A stretch of 64,000 nucleotides of DNA from an uncultured bacterium (GTDB lineage Bacteria > Oederibacteriota > Oederibacteriia > Oederibacteriales > Oederibacteriaceae). Below, piece by piece: positions 1 to 9,983 of this stretch. Position numbers and translations under genes: made by a program. The notes beneath the pieces are model-generated. The model did not search any database, was not told the origin of the DNA, and saw only the letters and a program-made list of their open reading frames with translations. The DNA is taken from positions 1,216,001-1,280,000 of the forward strand of contig OZ218778.1 of the NCBI GenBank assembly GCA_965112635.1. The letters run 5' to 3'. Positions within the stretch are counted from its first letter, which is position 1; the number at the start of each line of letters is the position of its first letter.

Positions 1-1035
1 GACCACATCCTCAAGATCAACGACAAATCCACCAAAGACATGACCCTGATGGACGCGGTCTCCAAGATGCGCGGCACGCCGGGGACCCAGGTGACCATCA
101 CCATCCAGCACCAGAACGAATCCGCCACCCGAGATATCACCATCACCCGGGCTATCATCAAGATACAGAGCGTCAAGTTTTCGATGCTGGAAGACGGCAT
201 CGGCTACGTGAGGCTGGGAGAGTTCATGGAGACCTCTGAGGATGACATGAGAAAAGCCATGGAGGACCTGGAAAAACGGGGGATGAAGAAGCTGATCCTG
301 GACCTGCGCAATAACCCCGGAGGGCTTTTGGACATGGCCGTCAAGGTCGCGGGCCTGTTCCTCCCGGATCAAAGCCTGGTGGTCTATACCCAGGGCCGGC
401 TGGAGAACCAGAACCACAAGTTCTATTCCAGCGGCGAGGCGGAGTACAAGGACATCCCCCTGGTCGTGTTGATCAACAAGGGCAGCGCCAGCGCTTCTGA
501 GATCGTTTCCGGGGCCTTCCAGGACCTGAAACGCGCCCCCCTCATCGGGCAGACCAGCTTCGGCAAGGCCTCGGTCCAGACCATCCAGCCTTTGACCGAC
601 GGCTCGGCCCTGAGGCTGACCACGGCCCATTACTACACCCCCAAAGGGCGGATGATCCATGAAAAGGGGATCGACCCCGACATCAAGGTGGATGATACGG
701 TAAAACCCACGGACGAGACCAAGGCGGCTTTTGAAAAGGACGTTTTCTTCACTTTCGGACGGGAGTGGACCGAGAAGCAGAAAAAAGAGGACAAGCCAAT
801 CCCGGATTTCCCCAAGGTGACCGAGTCCATGCGGAAGAGCTTTTTAAAACTTTGCGAGAGCAAGCAGGTCCCCATCAACTCCGCGAGCTACACCAAGGAC
901 AAGGAGCTTATCGAGGAGGAAATGGTCCGGTCCATCCTGGATAACGCCAAAGGCGAAGAAGCCGCCAAGCAGTACATTCTCAGTGTCGATAAAGTGGTCC
1001 TAAAGGCGAAAGAAAAATTGAAAGAGATGAACTAG
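1..1035 (+). CDS. ctpA: C-terminal processing peptidase, S41A family (5'-partial)
   Basis: Frame open from base 1 (DHILKIND, end of PDZ domain); motifs IGYVRL, LILDLRNNPGGLL, SASASEI, GQTSFGKASVQ, TTAHYYTPKG. Confidence 0.92.
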   Translation, partial: DHILKINDKSTKDMTLMDAVSKMRGTPGTQVTITIQHQNESATRDITITRAIIKIQSVKFSMLEDGIGYVRLGEFMETSEDDMRKAMEDLEKRGMKKLILDLRNNPGGLLDMAVKVAGLFLPDQSLVVYTQGRLENQNHKFYSSGEAEYKDIPLVVLINKGSASASEIVSGAFQDLKRAPLIGQTSFGKASVQTIQPLTDGSALRLTTAHYYTPKGRMIHEKGIDPDIKVDDTVKPTDETKAAFEKDVFFTFGREWTEKQKKEDKPIPDFPKVTESMRKSFLKLCESKQVPINSASYTKDKELIEEEMVRSILDNAKGEEAAKQYILSVDKVVLKAKEKLKEMN

Positions 1036-1063
1036 CCGAGCCGGCCAGGCCACAAGGAGAGGG

Positions 1064-2050
1064 ATGAAAAGACCAGCTATCCTGTTTGCGATGATCCTGT
1101 TCCTGGTCCTCCCGGCCGTCCATGGCCAGGACAGCGACAGCGCCGGAGCCCCTGTTTTGCAGGAAAGCCCGTTTGAAAATTTCACCACCCTTCTGCAAAA
1201 CCAGCTCTCCTTGAGCGCCAGCCAGGCCGACATCAACCCTTACCCCATTGAAAAGCTCATCGCGGACCCGGACCACAAGTTCGGCGACTACAAGATGACC
1301 TCTAACATCACGGACGAAGCTCTCCTGGAACAGATGAAATTCTTTATCCTGGAGATGGCGCCGTCGTGGAGGGAAACCAGGCTGGACCTGTGGAAGGTCC
1401 ATCTGGGCGGCCCCAACGAGGATGACCTCCTGGTCACCTATGTGGACGGGGTCCGCAAGGACAGGAGCGCCAAAAAGAAAGACCCGCTTTATAAAGACAG
1501 CTATCCTTATCTCCAGGTCTGGCTGTTCAAGCAGGAAGGCCAAAAGTACAAGCCTCGCTACCTCGGGACCTTCCTCAACGGCGTGATCAAAGGCCTTGTG
1601 CCGATGTCCTACGAGGAAAAGAAAAAGAAAGTGATGCTGGACTGCCTGTTCATCCAGTTTTCCGGGACCTATTACGGCAACGGGGCCCCCAGGGTCCAGG
1701 CCATCGCGTTCCAGTCGCAGAGTTTCTTTCCCCAGGTCATGGAATTCGCGGAGGACAAGGACAATAAGGTGTTCAATAAATTCGTCCTTTGCGGCATCGG
1801 CCAGGACACGCCGCCGTGCGTCGATTACACCGAGACCAGGGTCGTGATGTCCAAGGACGAACAGGCGCCGGCCCTCATCCAGTATTACCACCAGTTCATC
1901 GGCGACACCGAGGTAGCGGCCGGCTGCCAGGGGCCTTCCCAATGGTACGTTTACAGGAACAAAAAAGGCCATAAATATTCCTGCGAAGAATACCTCGACA
2001 AATTGCCGGCCCAGCTGCTGACCTACTGGCAGACCGGCAAAAAACTGTAA
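1064..2050 (+). CDS. Hypothetical secreted protein
   Basis: RBS AGGAGAGG; signal peptide MKRPAILFAMILFLVLPAVHG; no recognised motif. Confidence 0.7.
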   Translation: MKRPAILFAMILFLVLPAVHGQDSDSAGAPVLQESPFENFTTLLQNQLSLSASQADINPYPIEKLIADPDHKFGDYKMTSNITDEALLEQMKFFILEMAPSWRETRLDLWKVHLGGPNEDDLLVTYVDGVRKDRSAKKKDPLYKDSYPYLQVWLFKQEGQKYKPRYLGTFLNGVIKGLVPMSYEEKKKKVMLDCLFIQFSGTYYGNGAPRVQAIAFQSQSFFPQVMEFAEDKDNKVFNKFVLCGIGQDTPPCVDYTETRVVMSKDEQAPALIQYYHQFIGDTEVAAGCQGPSQWYVYRNKKGHKYSCEEYLDKLPAQLLTYWQTGKKL

Positions 2051-2066
2051 ACCAGAAAAACTTCCC

Positions 2067-2651
2067 ATGGAACCCCTCAAGCAAACCAGGTATCTGCTTT
2101 CGGAAACGGATTGTTCCCGTGTCGGACCTTGCGAAGCCGAAGTCAGCCTGGTGGGGCGCTCCAATGTCGGCAAGTCCTCTTTTCTAAACGCCCTGTGCAA
2201 CCGGAAATCCCTGGCCGCGGTGTCGGATAAACCGGGGAAGACCCGGACCATCAATGTTTATGAGATGGGTGCGGGCCGGTGGATCGTGGACCTGCCGGGT
2301 TACGGGTTTTCGTCGGTGTCCAAAAAAGAACGCCTGGCCTGGAAACCGCTCATCGAGGGATATCTGACCAGCCGTCCCCATTTGGTCCGGGTGTTTGTCA
2401 TTATCGACGCCCTGGTCGGGCCAACCAGCCTGGACATCCAGATGGTGGACTGGCTTTTCGGCAAAAAAATCCCCTACAATATCCTGGCCAACAAAACGGA
2501 CAAGCTTAACCAGTCCCAGCTCCATACCCAGAGGCAAAAAACCGCGCAGGCGTTCGGATTAAAGGCTGAGGATATTTCCTGGATCAGCACGGTCAAGGAA
2601 ACCGGCCTTCCGGCACTGCGGGATGCCGTGTCGGATATGCTGGGGCTGTAA
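2067..2651 (+). CDS. engB: Ribosome biogenesis GTPase YihA/YsxC (EngB)
   Basis: G1 GRSNVGKSS, PGKTR, G3 DLPGYG, G4 NKTD. Confidence 0.93.
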   Translation: MEPLKQTRYLLSETDCSRVGPCEAEVSLVGRSNVGKSSFLNALCNRKSLAAVSDKPGKTRTINVYEMGAGRWIVDLPGYGFSSVSKKERLAWKPLIEGYLTSRPHLVRVFVIIDALVGPTSLDIQMVDWLFGKKIPYNILANKTDKLNQSQLHTQRQKTAQAFGLKAEDISWISTVKETGLPALRDAVSDMLGL

Positions 2652-2877
2652 ATCCAAGAAAGAGAAAAGTTTGGCAGGGAAATGTTGAGGATTAAAATTT
2701 TGGAAAAGTTAAAAGCGGCTGTAACCCATATACCTCTTTCCTGTTTCTGTCCCTATACAGGCAACAATCATAAGAAATAGATGCCTGCTACCGAGCTAGC
2801 TGACCTGACCCCCTAAAACTGGTCCACCTTTTGAGTTAGAATAACTCTAAAGGAAGGACAAAGGAAGGGGGATTTTT

Positions 2878-3168
2878 ATGCCAAGGAAATACAACAAACC
2901 CGAGCAGGTCGTATCCATGCTACGGGAGTTTGAGGTAGAGATAGCCAAAGGCAAGACGGTAGAGGAGCTTTGTCGGGCAAAAGGAATATCGGCGAATACC
3001 TACTACAAGTGGCGGCAGAAATACGGCGGGATGAAAGTGGACGAGGCCAAGCGATTAAGGTCGCTGGAGCAAGAAAATAACCAGTTAAAGAAAGTGATCG
3101 CAAATCAAGCTTTGGATATCCAGATACTGAAGGAATACAACAAGGTGATAAGTTCGGGAAAATATTAA
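2878..3168 (+). CDS. IS3 transposase OrfA (HTH + leucine zipper)
   Basis: GISANTYYKWRQKYGGM...RLRSLEQENNQLKK. Confidence 0.93.
   Translation: MPRKYNKPEQVVSMLREFEVEIAKGKTVEELCRAKGISANTYYKWRQKYGGMKVDEAKRLRSLEQENNQLKKVIANQALDIQILKEYNKVISSGKY
3156..3162 (+). other. -1 programmed ribosomal frameshift site G GGA AAA of the IS3 element
   Basis: X XXY YYZ heptamer one codon before the OrfA stop; OrfB frame is -1. Confidence 0.7.
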
Positions 3169-3173
3169 GCCCG

Positions 3174-4022
3174 GTGAAAAGACGCGCAGCGGTAGAAGAA
3201 GTCTGCGTAAATATGGGAGTTTCTGAGCGCCGGGCATGCAAAGCAGTAGAGCAAGGGCGCTCAACGCAGAGGTACCAGCAAAAGCGCGAAGGAAGGGATT
3301 GGGGGTTGGCAGAAACTATCATCAATCTGGCCAACCAGTATGGCCGTTACGGATATCGTAGGATTACGGCAATGCTCAGAGATGAGGGATGGCTGGTTAA
3401 TCACAAGAAAGTTGAGCGAATATGGAGACAGGAAGCGCTAAAAATACCGAAGAAGCAGCGTAAAAGAAGGCGTCTGTGGTTCAACGACGGCTCCTGTGTC
3501 AGATTAAGGCCAGATCATAAGGACCATGTCTGGAGCTATGATTTTGTAAAGGATAGAACAAGCGAAGGACGAGCGTTCCGGATCTTGACCGTGATAGACG
3601 AATACACCAGGGAGTGCCTGGCTCTGGTAGTGGGAAGAAGTCTCAAGGCGGATGATGTTCAGGAATGTTTGATGGATCTATTCATCAGTAGAGGTATTCC
3701 TGAGTACATCAGGTCGGATAACGGAAGCGAGTTTACTTCAGAAATGATCAGAGGTTGGCTGGGTAATATCGGCGTTAAGACTTTATTTATCGAACCTGGA
3801 AGTCCGTGGGAGAACGGATACTGCGAGTCTTTTAATGGGAAACTCAGGGACGAGGTCTTAGCCGGAGAAATATTTGATAATCTGTGGGAGGCAAAGTATG
3901 TTATCGAAAACTGGAGGAAGGAGTACAATACAAAAAGACCGCATAGCTCACTGGGGTATCGGCCACCAGCTCCGGAAGCAAGGTTGCTGCAACCTTGCAT
4001 TGCCCTATGTCATGCTGCTTAA
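3174..4022 (+). CDS. IS3 transposase OrfB (DDE integrase core), -1 frame to OrfA
   Basis: YGYRRI, WSYDF, IDEYTRECL, RSDNGSEF, PWENGYCESFNG, RPHSSLGY. Confidence 0.93.
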   Translation: MKRRAAVEEVCVNMGVSERRACKAVEQGRSTQRYQQKREGRDWGLAETIINLANQYGRYGYRRITAMLRDEGWLVNHKKVERIWRQEALKIPKKQRKRRRLWFNDGSCVRLRPDHKDHVWSYDFVKDRTSEGRAFRILTVIDEYTRECLALVVGRSLKADDVQECLMDLFISRGIPEYIRSDNGSEFTSEMIRGWLGNIGVKTLFIEPGSPWENGYCESFNGKLRDEVLAGEIFDNLWEAKYVIENWRKEYNTKRPHSSLGYRPPAPEARLLQPCIALCHAA

Positions 4023-4062
4023 CTCTAACTTAACAAGTGGTACAAAGAATGGGGGCAGGTCA

Positions 4063-4459
4063 GTCCGTGAATCCACTGGGTAAGGCCCTGAAAAACTCAA
4101 AGCGTTGGGAAGTCCGCTGGGAAGCGGCCAAAGCCCTGGGAAATATTGCGGATCCGGCTTCAACGGGTGTCCTTATCGCTGCTTTGGATGACGAAAATCA
4201 AGATGTAGGATGCGTGGCTGCGGCATCTTTGGCCAGCCTCGGTGATGCAGCCATACAACCGCTGCTCCTGGCTTTGATGAAACAACCTACTTCCCGGTGT
4301 TTGCGCGCCGGCGTCAGGCACGTGTTAAGAGAACGCAAAGCGGAACATTCTAAAGACCAATACCGCGGAGTGTTAGCGGCAATCGAAACTGGGGTGGTTC
4401 CGGAAGCGGTCGCCGTTGAGGCTTATCGGGCGTTGTATCCAGGTAAAAAGGAGAAATGA
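4063..4459 (+). pseudogene. HEAT/PBS-repeat protein, probably 5'-truncated by the IS
   Basis: WEVRWEAAKALGNI...LDDENQDVGCVAAASLASLG repeats begin right at the IS right end; ORF-track start (4037) lies inside the IR. Confidence 0.6.
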
Positions 4460-4553
4460 AGTTTTGCCCGGGATGTTAGTTTTCTGCTCTTGTATGTTAA
4501 TGTTCCGTCGCAAAAGCAAACAAGGCTGAGATATCGGGGAACGAGGGCTTAAA

Positions 4554-5735
4554 ATGTCCAAAAAAAAAGTTGTAATATGTTATTTGCTAGCGCTATTTAG
4601 CCTAGCCGTCCTAGTCATTTGGAGCCGGGCGCAAACAGGATCCCTTCAAAAAGATCCGAGTCTTTTTACCCCGGCGGTTTCCCAGGACAAGGCAGTGCCG
4701 GTGACTTTTAAAGTGAACAACAGCCGGCAGGGCTGGATCAAGGATGAGATTAAACCTCCCTTAACGCTTAAATGGGTTTATAAAACCGGTAAAGGCCTTT
4801 ATTCCTCCCCCGCGGTCAGCCGGGGGACCGTTTATTTTGGCGGCGAGGACGGTTATCTTTACGCCGTGTCCGTGGAAACAGGAAAATTAAAATGGAAAGT
4901 CCAGGAGAACGGCAAAATTTACGGTTCCTCTCCGGCCGCGGCCAACGGTAAGGTTTATGTCTGCACCACCGAGGGCTGTCTGAACTGTCATGACGCGCTG
5001 ACCGGCGCACGGCTGTGGAAATACAGCGCGGGCCCGCACACCCTTGCTTTCAGCTCGCCTTTAGTGCAAGACAACCTGGTTTATTTCGGCGCGGATAATA
5101 AATATTTTTACTGCCTGGACGCGGACACCGGGAAAAGGCAATGGGAATTTCTCACCAAAAACAAGATCCATGATAACGCGGGGGCCTATGACCAGGGTCT
5201 TGTTTTTTTTGGATCAGAGGATGGATATGTGTACGCGGTACACAGCCATACGGGAAAGTCAGCCTGGAATTTCAAGACCAAACAGGAGCTGGATACCTGC
5301 CCTGCCGTTTATAATGGATCTGTTTTTTTCGGGTCCAGTGACAGCGCTTTGTACGCTGTCAGCGAAAAGGACGGGAGCAAGGTATGGAGTTTTAAGGCAG
5401 GCAAAGGTATCGGCAGTTCTTCGGCTATAGATGACAAAGGGCGGCTGGTATTCGGGGCCGGGGATCACAATGTTTATTGCCTGGACGTCCTGACCGGAAA
5501 ACGGGCCTGGACTTTTAAGACAGGGGACTACGTGTTCGCTTCTCCCCTGATCACGGGCTCAATAGTTTACGTGGGTTCTTTTGACCATAAATTTTACGCC
5601 CTGGATGTTCAGGATGGAAAAATGCTCTGGTCTTATGAAACACACGGGGGCATCTATTGCTCGGCAGCGGCCGGTCCGCACACTATCCTGGTCGGCAGCA
5701 GGGACGGCTCCATGTATTGTTTCGAGGGACACTGA
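4554..5735 (+). CDS. PQQ-like beta-propeller repeat protein (BamB-like), N-terminal signal/anchor
   Basis: About 8 repeats of SSPAV..G.VYFG..DG.LYA.....GK..W. Confidence 0.85.
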   Translation: MSKKKVVICYLLALFSLAVLVIWSRAQTGSLQKDPSLFTPAVSQDKAVPVTFKVNNSRQGWIKDEIKPPLTLKWVYKTGKGLYSSPAVSRGTVYFGGEDGYLYAVSVETGKLKWKVQENGKIYGSSPAAANGKVYVCTTEGCLNCHDALTGARLWKYSAGPHTLAFSSPLVQDNLVYFGADNKYFYCLDADTGKRQWEFLTKNKIHDNAGAYDQGLVFFGSEDGYVYAVHSHTGKSAWNFKTKQELDTCPAVYNGSVFFGSSDSALYAVSEKDGSKVWSFKAGKGIGSSSAIDDKGRLVFGAGDHNVYCLDVLTGKRAWTFKTGDYVFASPLITGSIVYVGSFDHKFYALDVQDGKMLWSYETHGGIYCSAAAGPHTILVGSRDGSMYCFEGH

Positions 5736-5769
5736 AAATTCCCCGGACCCTTATTTCCGCCTTTAAGAT

Positions 5770-6786
5770 TTATCTTTTTGAGGGGATGCGGACAGGGCGC
5801 TGTTCACGGGAAGAGCGGTAGAGGGCCAGGACCACTTCCAGGGCACGGCGGTTGGTCTCTCCGGTGACCAAAGGCTCGCGGTTTTCCTGAATGGCCTCCA
5901 CAAAATCCCTGAACTGCCAGACATGCATAACGCCCCAGGGAATTTCCTTGTCCGCGGGACGGGCCAGGCCGTTCTTGAACTTCCAGGACAAAACCTTGCC
6001 GCTGGTTTCCCAGCTGGCCGTTCCCTTGTTCCCGTTGATCTCCACCTTGGCGCTGTCGCCGGGATAGGCCGTGGTCGTAGCCTCGATGACGCCCAGGCCG
6101 CCGTTCTCAAATTCCAGATTGGCAACCGCGGTGTCCTCAGTCTCGATCTTGTGCCAGAGCCTGCGGGTAAAGCCCTGCACCTGTTTGACCGGCCCCATAA
6201 CCGAGAGAAGCAGGTCCAGGCAATGGATGCCCTGGTTGACCACGCAGCCTCCGCCGTTACCCTTCCATGTTCCACGCCACGGGGCTTCGCTGAAATATTC
6301 CGGCGGACGGAACCATTTGGTAGAGGCCAGGCCCAGGGTCAAACGGCCGAATTTTCCCTGTTTTACCGCCTTGTAAACTGCGGTCATAACGGGCATAAAC
6401 CTTAATTGTGAGATGACCCCTAACTTTACCTTGGCCTTATGGCAGGCCTTGATCAGGGCATCGGCTTTTTCCAAAGTTGTCTCAATGGGTTTTTCCACCA
6501 TCACATGCTTGCCGGCCCGGGCTGAGGTGATACCGAGGCTGCCGTGCAAACCGGAGGGGGAGGTGATGGTCACGGCATCCACTTCAACCAGTTGTAAAAG
6601 TTTCTGGTTATCCGTAAACCAGGGGACGCGGTATTGTCTGGCCATTTTTTTGGCCCTATCAGCTACAGGGTCGGACACTGCGACAATCCGGGCATCCTTT
6701 AGGGCAGCAATGGCTTTGGCATGGATGTCGCTGATGCCTCCACAACCGATGATCCCAAATCCGATCATTTTCTTAGACATGTTCAA
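5770..6786 (-). CDS. Gfo/Idh/MocA family NAD(P)-dependent oxidoreductase
   Basis: GIIGCGGIS, AGKHVMVEKP, GGGCVVNQGIHCLD. Confidence 0.92.
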   Translation of the reverse strand: MNMSKKMIGFGIIGCGGISDIHAKAIAALKDARIVAVSDPVADRAKKMARQYRVPWFTDNQKLLQLVEVDAVTITSPSGLHGSLGITSARAGKHVMVEKPIETTLEKADALIKACHKAKVKLGVISQLRFMPVMTAVYKAVKQGKFGRLTLGLASTKWFRPPEYFSEAPWRGTWKGNGGGCVVNQGIHCLDLLLSVMGPVKQVQGFTRRLWHKIETEDTAVANLEFENGGLGVIEATTTAYPGDSAKVEINGNKGTASWETSGKVLSWKFKNGLARPADKEIPWGVMHVWQFRDFVEAIQENREPLVTGETNRRALEVVLALYRSSREQRPVRIPSKR

Positions 6787-6806
6787 ACTCCTCGCGGGAT
6801 GGTTTG

Positions 6807-7652
6807 TTAGTACGGTATGCCGACTTTTTTCAGCAACTGCACCAGGGCGCTATGGGCCGGGGAAAACAGCTCTTTGCCGGCGGGATTCCCGCCGTTCTGG
6901 TGGGGTTCCAGGGTGATGAGGCCGCTATAGTTCCAGGCTTTGACCTGGCGGAGGATGGATTCCCATTGGGAATCCCCCTGGCCGGCCAGGAGGGCCCGGC
7001 CCGGATGCTGTCCTTTGGGATAATCCTTCACGTGGATGCAGTCAATATAGGGTTTGGCTTTTTGCAGCGACTCTGTAGAGGGGTCAATGCCCAGGACAAT
7101 GAGGTTGCCGGGGTCATAGATCATCCTTAGGCGGGGCGAGTTCACGGTCTGGAAAACATCCACGCATTCCTCAACGGTCTCGCCAAAGAGGCCTCCGTCG
7201 TTCTCTACCAGCAGGGTGACGCCGGCCGCTTCGGCCAGCTGGGCCAGCTGCTTCATCCGTTGCATGATGGGCTGGCGGCACTCGGCTTTGGTTTTACCTT
7301 CGGTGGCGTAATAAGTGAAAATGCGGATATATTTAGCTTTCAACCTTTTGGCCACTTCCAGGGACCGAACGAGCAGTTTTTTCTCGCTTTCCCAGGGTTC
7401 CTCAATAGGGACTTTGGCGATGGGAGTGACCAGGCAGCCGACCTGGAATCCGTATTTTTTCACGATCGCCTCACCGTCATCAAGCTGCTTGTCAGTAAGT
7501 TCCGCGACATTGACCTCGCCGCCGACAAAACGGAGGTCGGCCCAGCGCATGCCGAGGCGCTTCATCTCTGAAAGGGATTCCTCCAGGTCCAAGGATATTT
7601 CACTGGAAATCGCTGAAAGCATTACGCCGGCCATAGTCTTCTCCCTTCCCAT
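6807..7652 (-). CDS. Sugar phosphate isomerase/epimerase (xylose isomerase-like TIM barrel)
   Basis: LLVEN, YDPGN, IHVKD, TLEPH metal motifs; paired with Gfo/Idh/MocA gene. Confidence 0.85.
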   Translation of the reverse strand: MGREKTMAGVMLSAISSEISLDLEESLSEMKRLGMRWADLRFVGGEVNVAELTDKQLDDGEAIVKKYGFQVGCLVTPIAKVPIEEPWESEKKLLVRSLEVAKRLKAKYIRIFTYYATEGKTKAECRQPIMQRMKQLAQLAEAAGVTLLVENDGGLFGETVEECVDVFQTVNSPRLRMIYDPGNLIVLGIDPSTESLQKAKPYIDCIHVKDYPKGQHPGRALLAGQGDSQWESILRQVKAWNYSGLITLEPHQNGGNPAGKELFSPAHSALVQLLKKVGIPY

Positions 7653-7793
7653 TAAAATTTATCTCACACGCTATCTAGAGCAAGATTATCCTACTTTTCC
7701 TTTGATGAAAACAAGGCCTATTTGCAGCCTCTTTTGATATACTTGCTTTGTTAAAGGCCGGCGCGTAGAGGGCTTCCGGTCTGATAGGAGGCG

Positions 7794-8894
7794 GTGTCCC
7801 CAATGATAAGAAAAACTTTTTTTCTGATCTTTCTCGCCCTGTGCCTGGCGTTTTTGTGGTGGGCTGTTTCCAGGCAGCACCGGCCGGCAGTTCAGCCGGC
7901 CAAAGACCAGACCAGCCTTTCCCTGGAGGTGGAGACGGAGGTGCAAAGGGTTTTGGAAAGTTTTGGCACGATCCCCCAGATCCAGCAGCAAAAAATCCAG
8001 GTCTCCAACGGCATTAAAAGGCTTGTCTTCTACAAAAAGATCAGGGTTCCCCGGGAACAACCCCTGGCTGGCTTGGAGGATTCCTGGAGCCGTTTCGGCC
8101 AAGAACAAGGTTTTAAGGTCTGGAGCATAAAAATTTTGAAACAAGCCAAACCCAAAGCCAATGTTTTAGACGTCACTTTGGGGACCAAAGATTTTATGAC
8201 CCATCACCTGTTGTTCGTCCAATCCCTGAACCCGCAAGTGGCCCTGATCATTGATGACATGGGTTTTGTCGGAGATTCGCTGACCCAGCGTCTGCTCAAT
8301 CTGCCGGTGACCATGAACTTTTCCGTGATACCCGGCACTCCGCACGGCCAAAAGGTGGCAGACCAGGCCTATGTCAAAAAACATCAGGTCATCCTGCACC
8401 TGCCCATGGAAGCCCTGAGCCCCAAGGAAGACCCAGGACCATGGGGTATCTATACCCGGCAAGGGGACGAGGAGATCAAGGAACAGGTGGAAAAAGACCT
8501 GGCCTGGGTGCCCCACGCAGTCGGGCTCAACAACCATATGGGCTCCAAAGGCACGGCTGACCCGAGGGTCATGCAGGACGTGCTGGACATAGTCAAAAAG
8601 CACGAGATCTTTTTCATCGACAGCATGACCAACCCCAAATCCGTGGGATACATCCTGGCCCAGAAGGACAAGATCCCCTACAACCGCAGGGATATTTTCA
8701 TCGATAACAAGATGGACTCAGCCTACACCCGTCAAAGACTTTTGGAGCTGGGGAAGCTGGCCCTCAAGCGCGGTTATGCCATCGGGATCGGCCATCCCCA
8801 CAAGACCACGGTGGAGAGTTTAGAAAAAACCCTGCCGGAACTTAAAAAGATGGGGATAGAGTTCGTGATGGTCAGCGAACTGGTCATACAGTAA
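7794..8894 (+). CDS. Divergent polysaccharide deacetylase (YibQ family), membrane-anchored
   Basis: ALIIDDMG, LHLPME, GLNNHMGS, FFIDSMT, AIGIGHP. Confidence 0.9.
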   Translation: MSPMIRKTFFLIFLALCLAFLWWAVSRQHRPAVQPAKDQTSLSLEVETEVQRVLESFGTIPQIQQQKIQVSNGIKRLVFYKKIRVPREQPLAGLEDSWSRFGQEQGFKVWSIKILKQAKPKANVLDVTLGTKDFMTHHLLFVQSLNPQVALIIDDMGFVGDSLTQRLLNLPVTMNFSVIPGTPHGQKVADQAYVKKHQVILHLPMEALSPKEDPGPWGIYTRQGDEEIKEQVEKDLAWVPHAVGLNNHMGSKGTADPRVMQDVLDIVKKHEIFFIDSMTNPKSVGYILAQKDKIPYNRRDIFIDNKMDSAYTRQRLLELGKLALKRGYAIGIGHPHKTTVESLEKTLPELKKMGIEFVMVSELVIQ

Positions 8895-8948
8895 CCGTTC
8901 AGGTCGCAAGCGCAAAGCCAATTCCCCAAAATAAAAATATAAGCAGGA

Positions 8949-9962
8949 GTGAACATGCTCGTTCTTGGAATTGAAACGTCCTGCGACGAAACCGCCGCCG
9001 CGGTGGTCCGGGACGGAAGAAAAACGCTTTCCAGCGTGGTGGCTTCCCAGATCCCCCTGCATCAAAAGTACGGCGGGGTGGTGCCGGAGATCGCCTCGCG
9101 GGAACATTTGCGCACCATCAACATGGTCATCGACGAGGCCCTGGAAAAAAGCGGCAAGAGTCTGGGCCAGATAGACGGTATCGCCGTGACCTACGGCCCA
9201 GGGCTCGTGGGGTGCCTTTTGATCGGCCTGGCTACGGCCAAGGCCATCGCGTTCAGCCGGAATCTCCCCTGGATTGGGGTCAACCATCTGGAAGGGCATC
9301 TTTACGCCGTTTTTCTGGAAGAGAAACAGCCGAAATTTCCTTTCCTGGGGTTGGTCGTGTCCGGCGGGCATACCAGCCTGCTTTACGCCAAGGCCCCGGG
9401 AGTTTACGAGATCATGGGTAGCACCCGCGATGACGCGGCCGGCGAAGCCTTTGACAAGGTTTCCAAGCTTTTGGGGCTGGGTTACCCGGGCGGTCCTTTG
9501 ATCGAAAAAGCCAGCCAAAAAGGCGATCCCAGGGCTTTCACCTTTCCCCGAGCAAGGATGAAGGACCGGAGCCTGGATTTTTCTTTTAGTGGCATCAAAA
9601 CCGCAGTTTTACTGACGGTCCAGGAACTGAAGAAAAAAAGGAAGAGGATACCCAGGCACGACCTAGCCGCGAGTTTCCAGACGGCCGTGATCAAAGCACT
9701 GGTCGCAGGGGTCCGGGAAGGTGCTAAAATACATAGGGTCAGGGAAGTGGTCGTGGCAGGCGGGGTAGCGGCTAACCGTTACCTGCGGGAAGAGTTCGCC
9801 AGGGTCGCCGCAGAGCAAGGCTGGAAGGTCCATTTTCCGTCCCTGAAATATTGCACGGATAACGCGGCCATGATCGCGGCGGCGGGTTATGTTAGGTTGA
9901 AAAAAGGGATCCGTTCCGGCTGGGAACTTACCGCGGTCCCCGGTCTGGGCTGGAAGGTCTAA
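8949..9962 (+). CDS. tsaD: tRNA N6-adenosine threonylcarbamoyltransferase
   Basis: LGIETSCDET, GGVVPEIASREH, VNHLEGH, VSGGHT, DDAAGEAFDK, TDNAAMIA. Confidence 0.97.
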   Translation: MNMLVLGIETSCDETAAAVVRDGRKTLSSVVASQIPLHQKYGGVVPEIASREHLRTINMVIDEALEKSGKSLGQIDGIAVTYGPGLVGCLLIGLATAKAIAFSRNLPWIGVNHLEGHLYAVFLEEKQPKFPFLGLVVSGGHTSLLYAKAPGVYEIMGSTRDDAAGEAFDKVSKLLGLGYPGGPLIEKASQKGDPRAFTFPRARMKDRSLDFSFSGIKTAVLLTVQELKKKRKRIPRHDLAASFQTAVIKALVAGVREGAKIHRVREVVVAGGVAANRYLREEFARVAAEQGWKVHFPSLKYCTDNAAMIAAAGYVRLKKGIRSGWELTAVPGLGWKV

Positions 9963-9983
9963 ATCTCCCCAAGGAGGCTGTGA

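Larger units (their letters stand above)
2801..4062 (+). mobile_element. IS3-family insertion sequence, 1262 bp, complete
   Basis: 5'-TG...CA-3' ends; IRL TGACCTGACCCCCTAAAACTGGTCCACCTTTTGAGTTAGA vs reverse complement of IRR TGACCTGCCCCCATTCTTTGTACCACTTGTTAAGTTAGA; orfA/orfB organisation; no flanking target duplication (TAGC | GTCC). Confidence 0.93.

Noticed and set aside
980-2254. Long antisense ORFs (also 10734-11741, 51068-52069, 56775-57917, 60073-61257 and others)
   Set aside because: Shadow frames of well-supported + strand genes in GC-rich DNA; no motifs.
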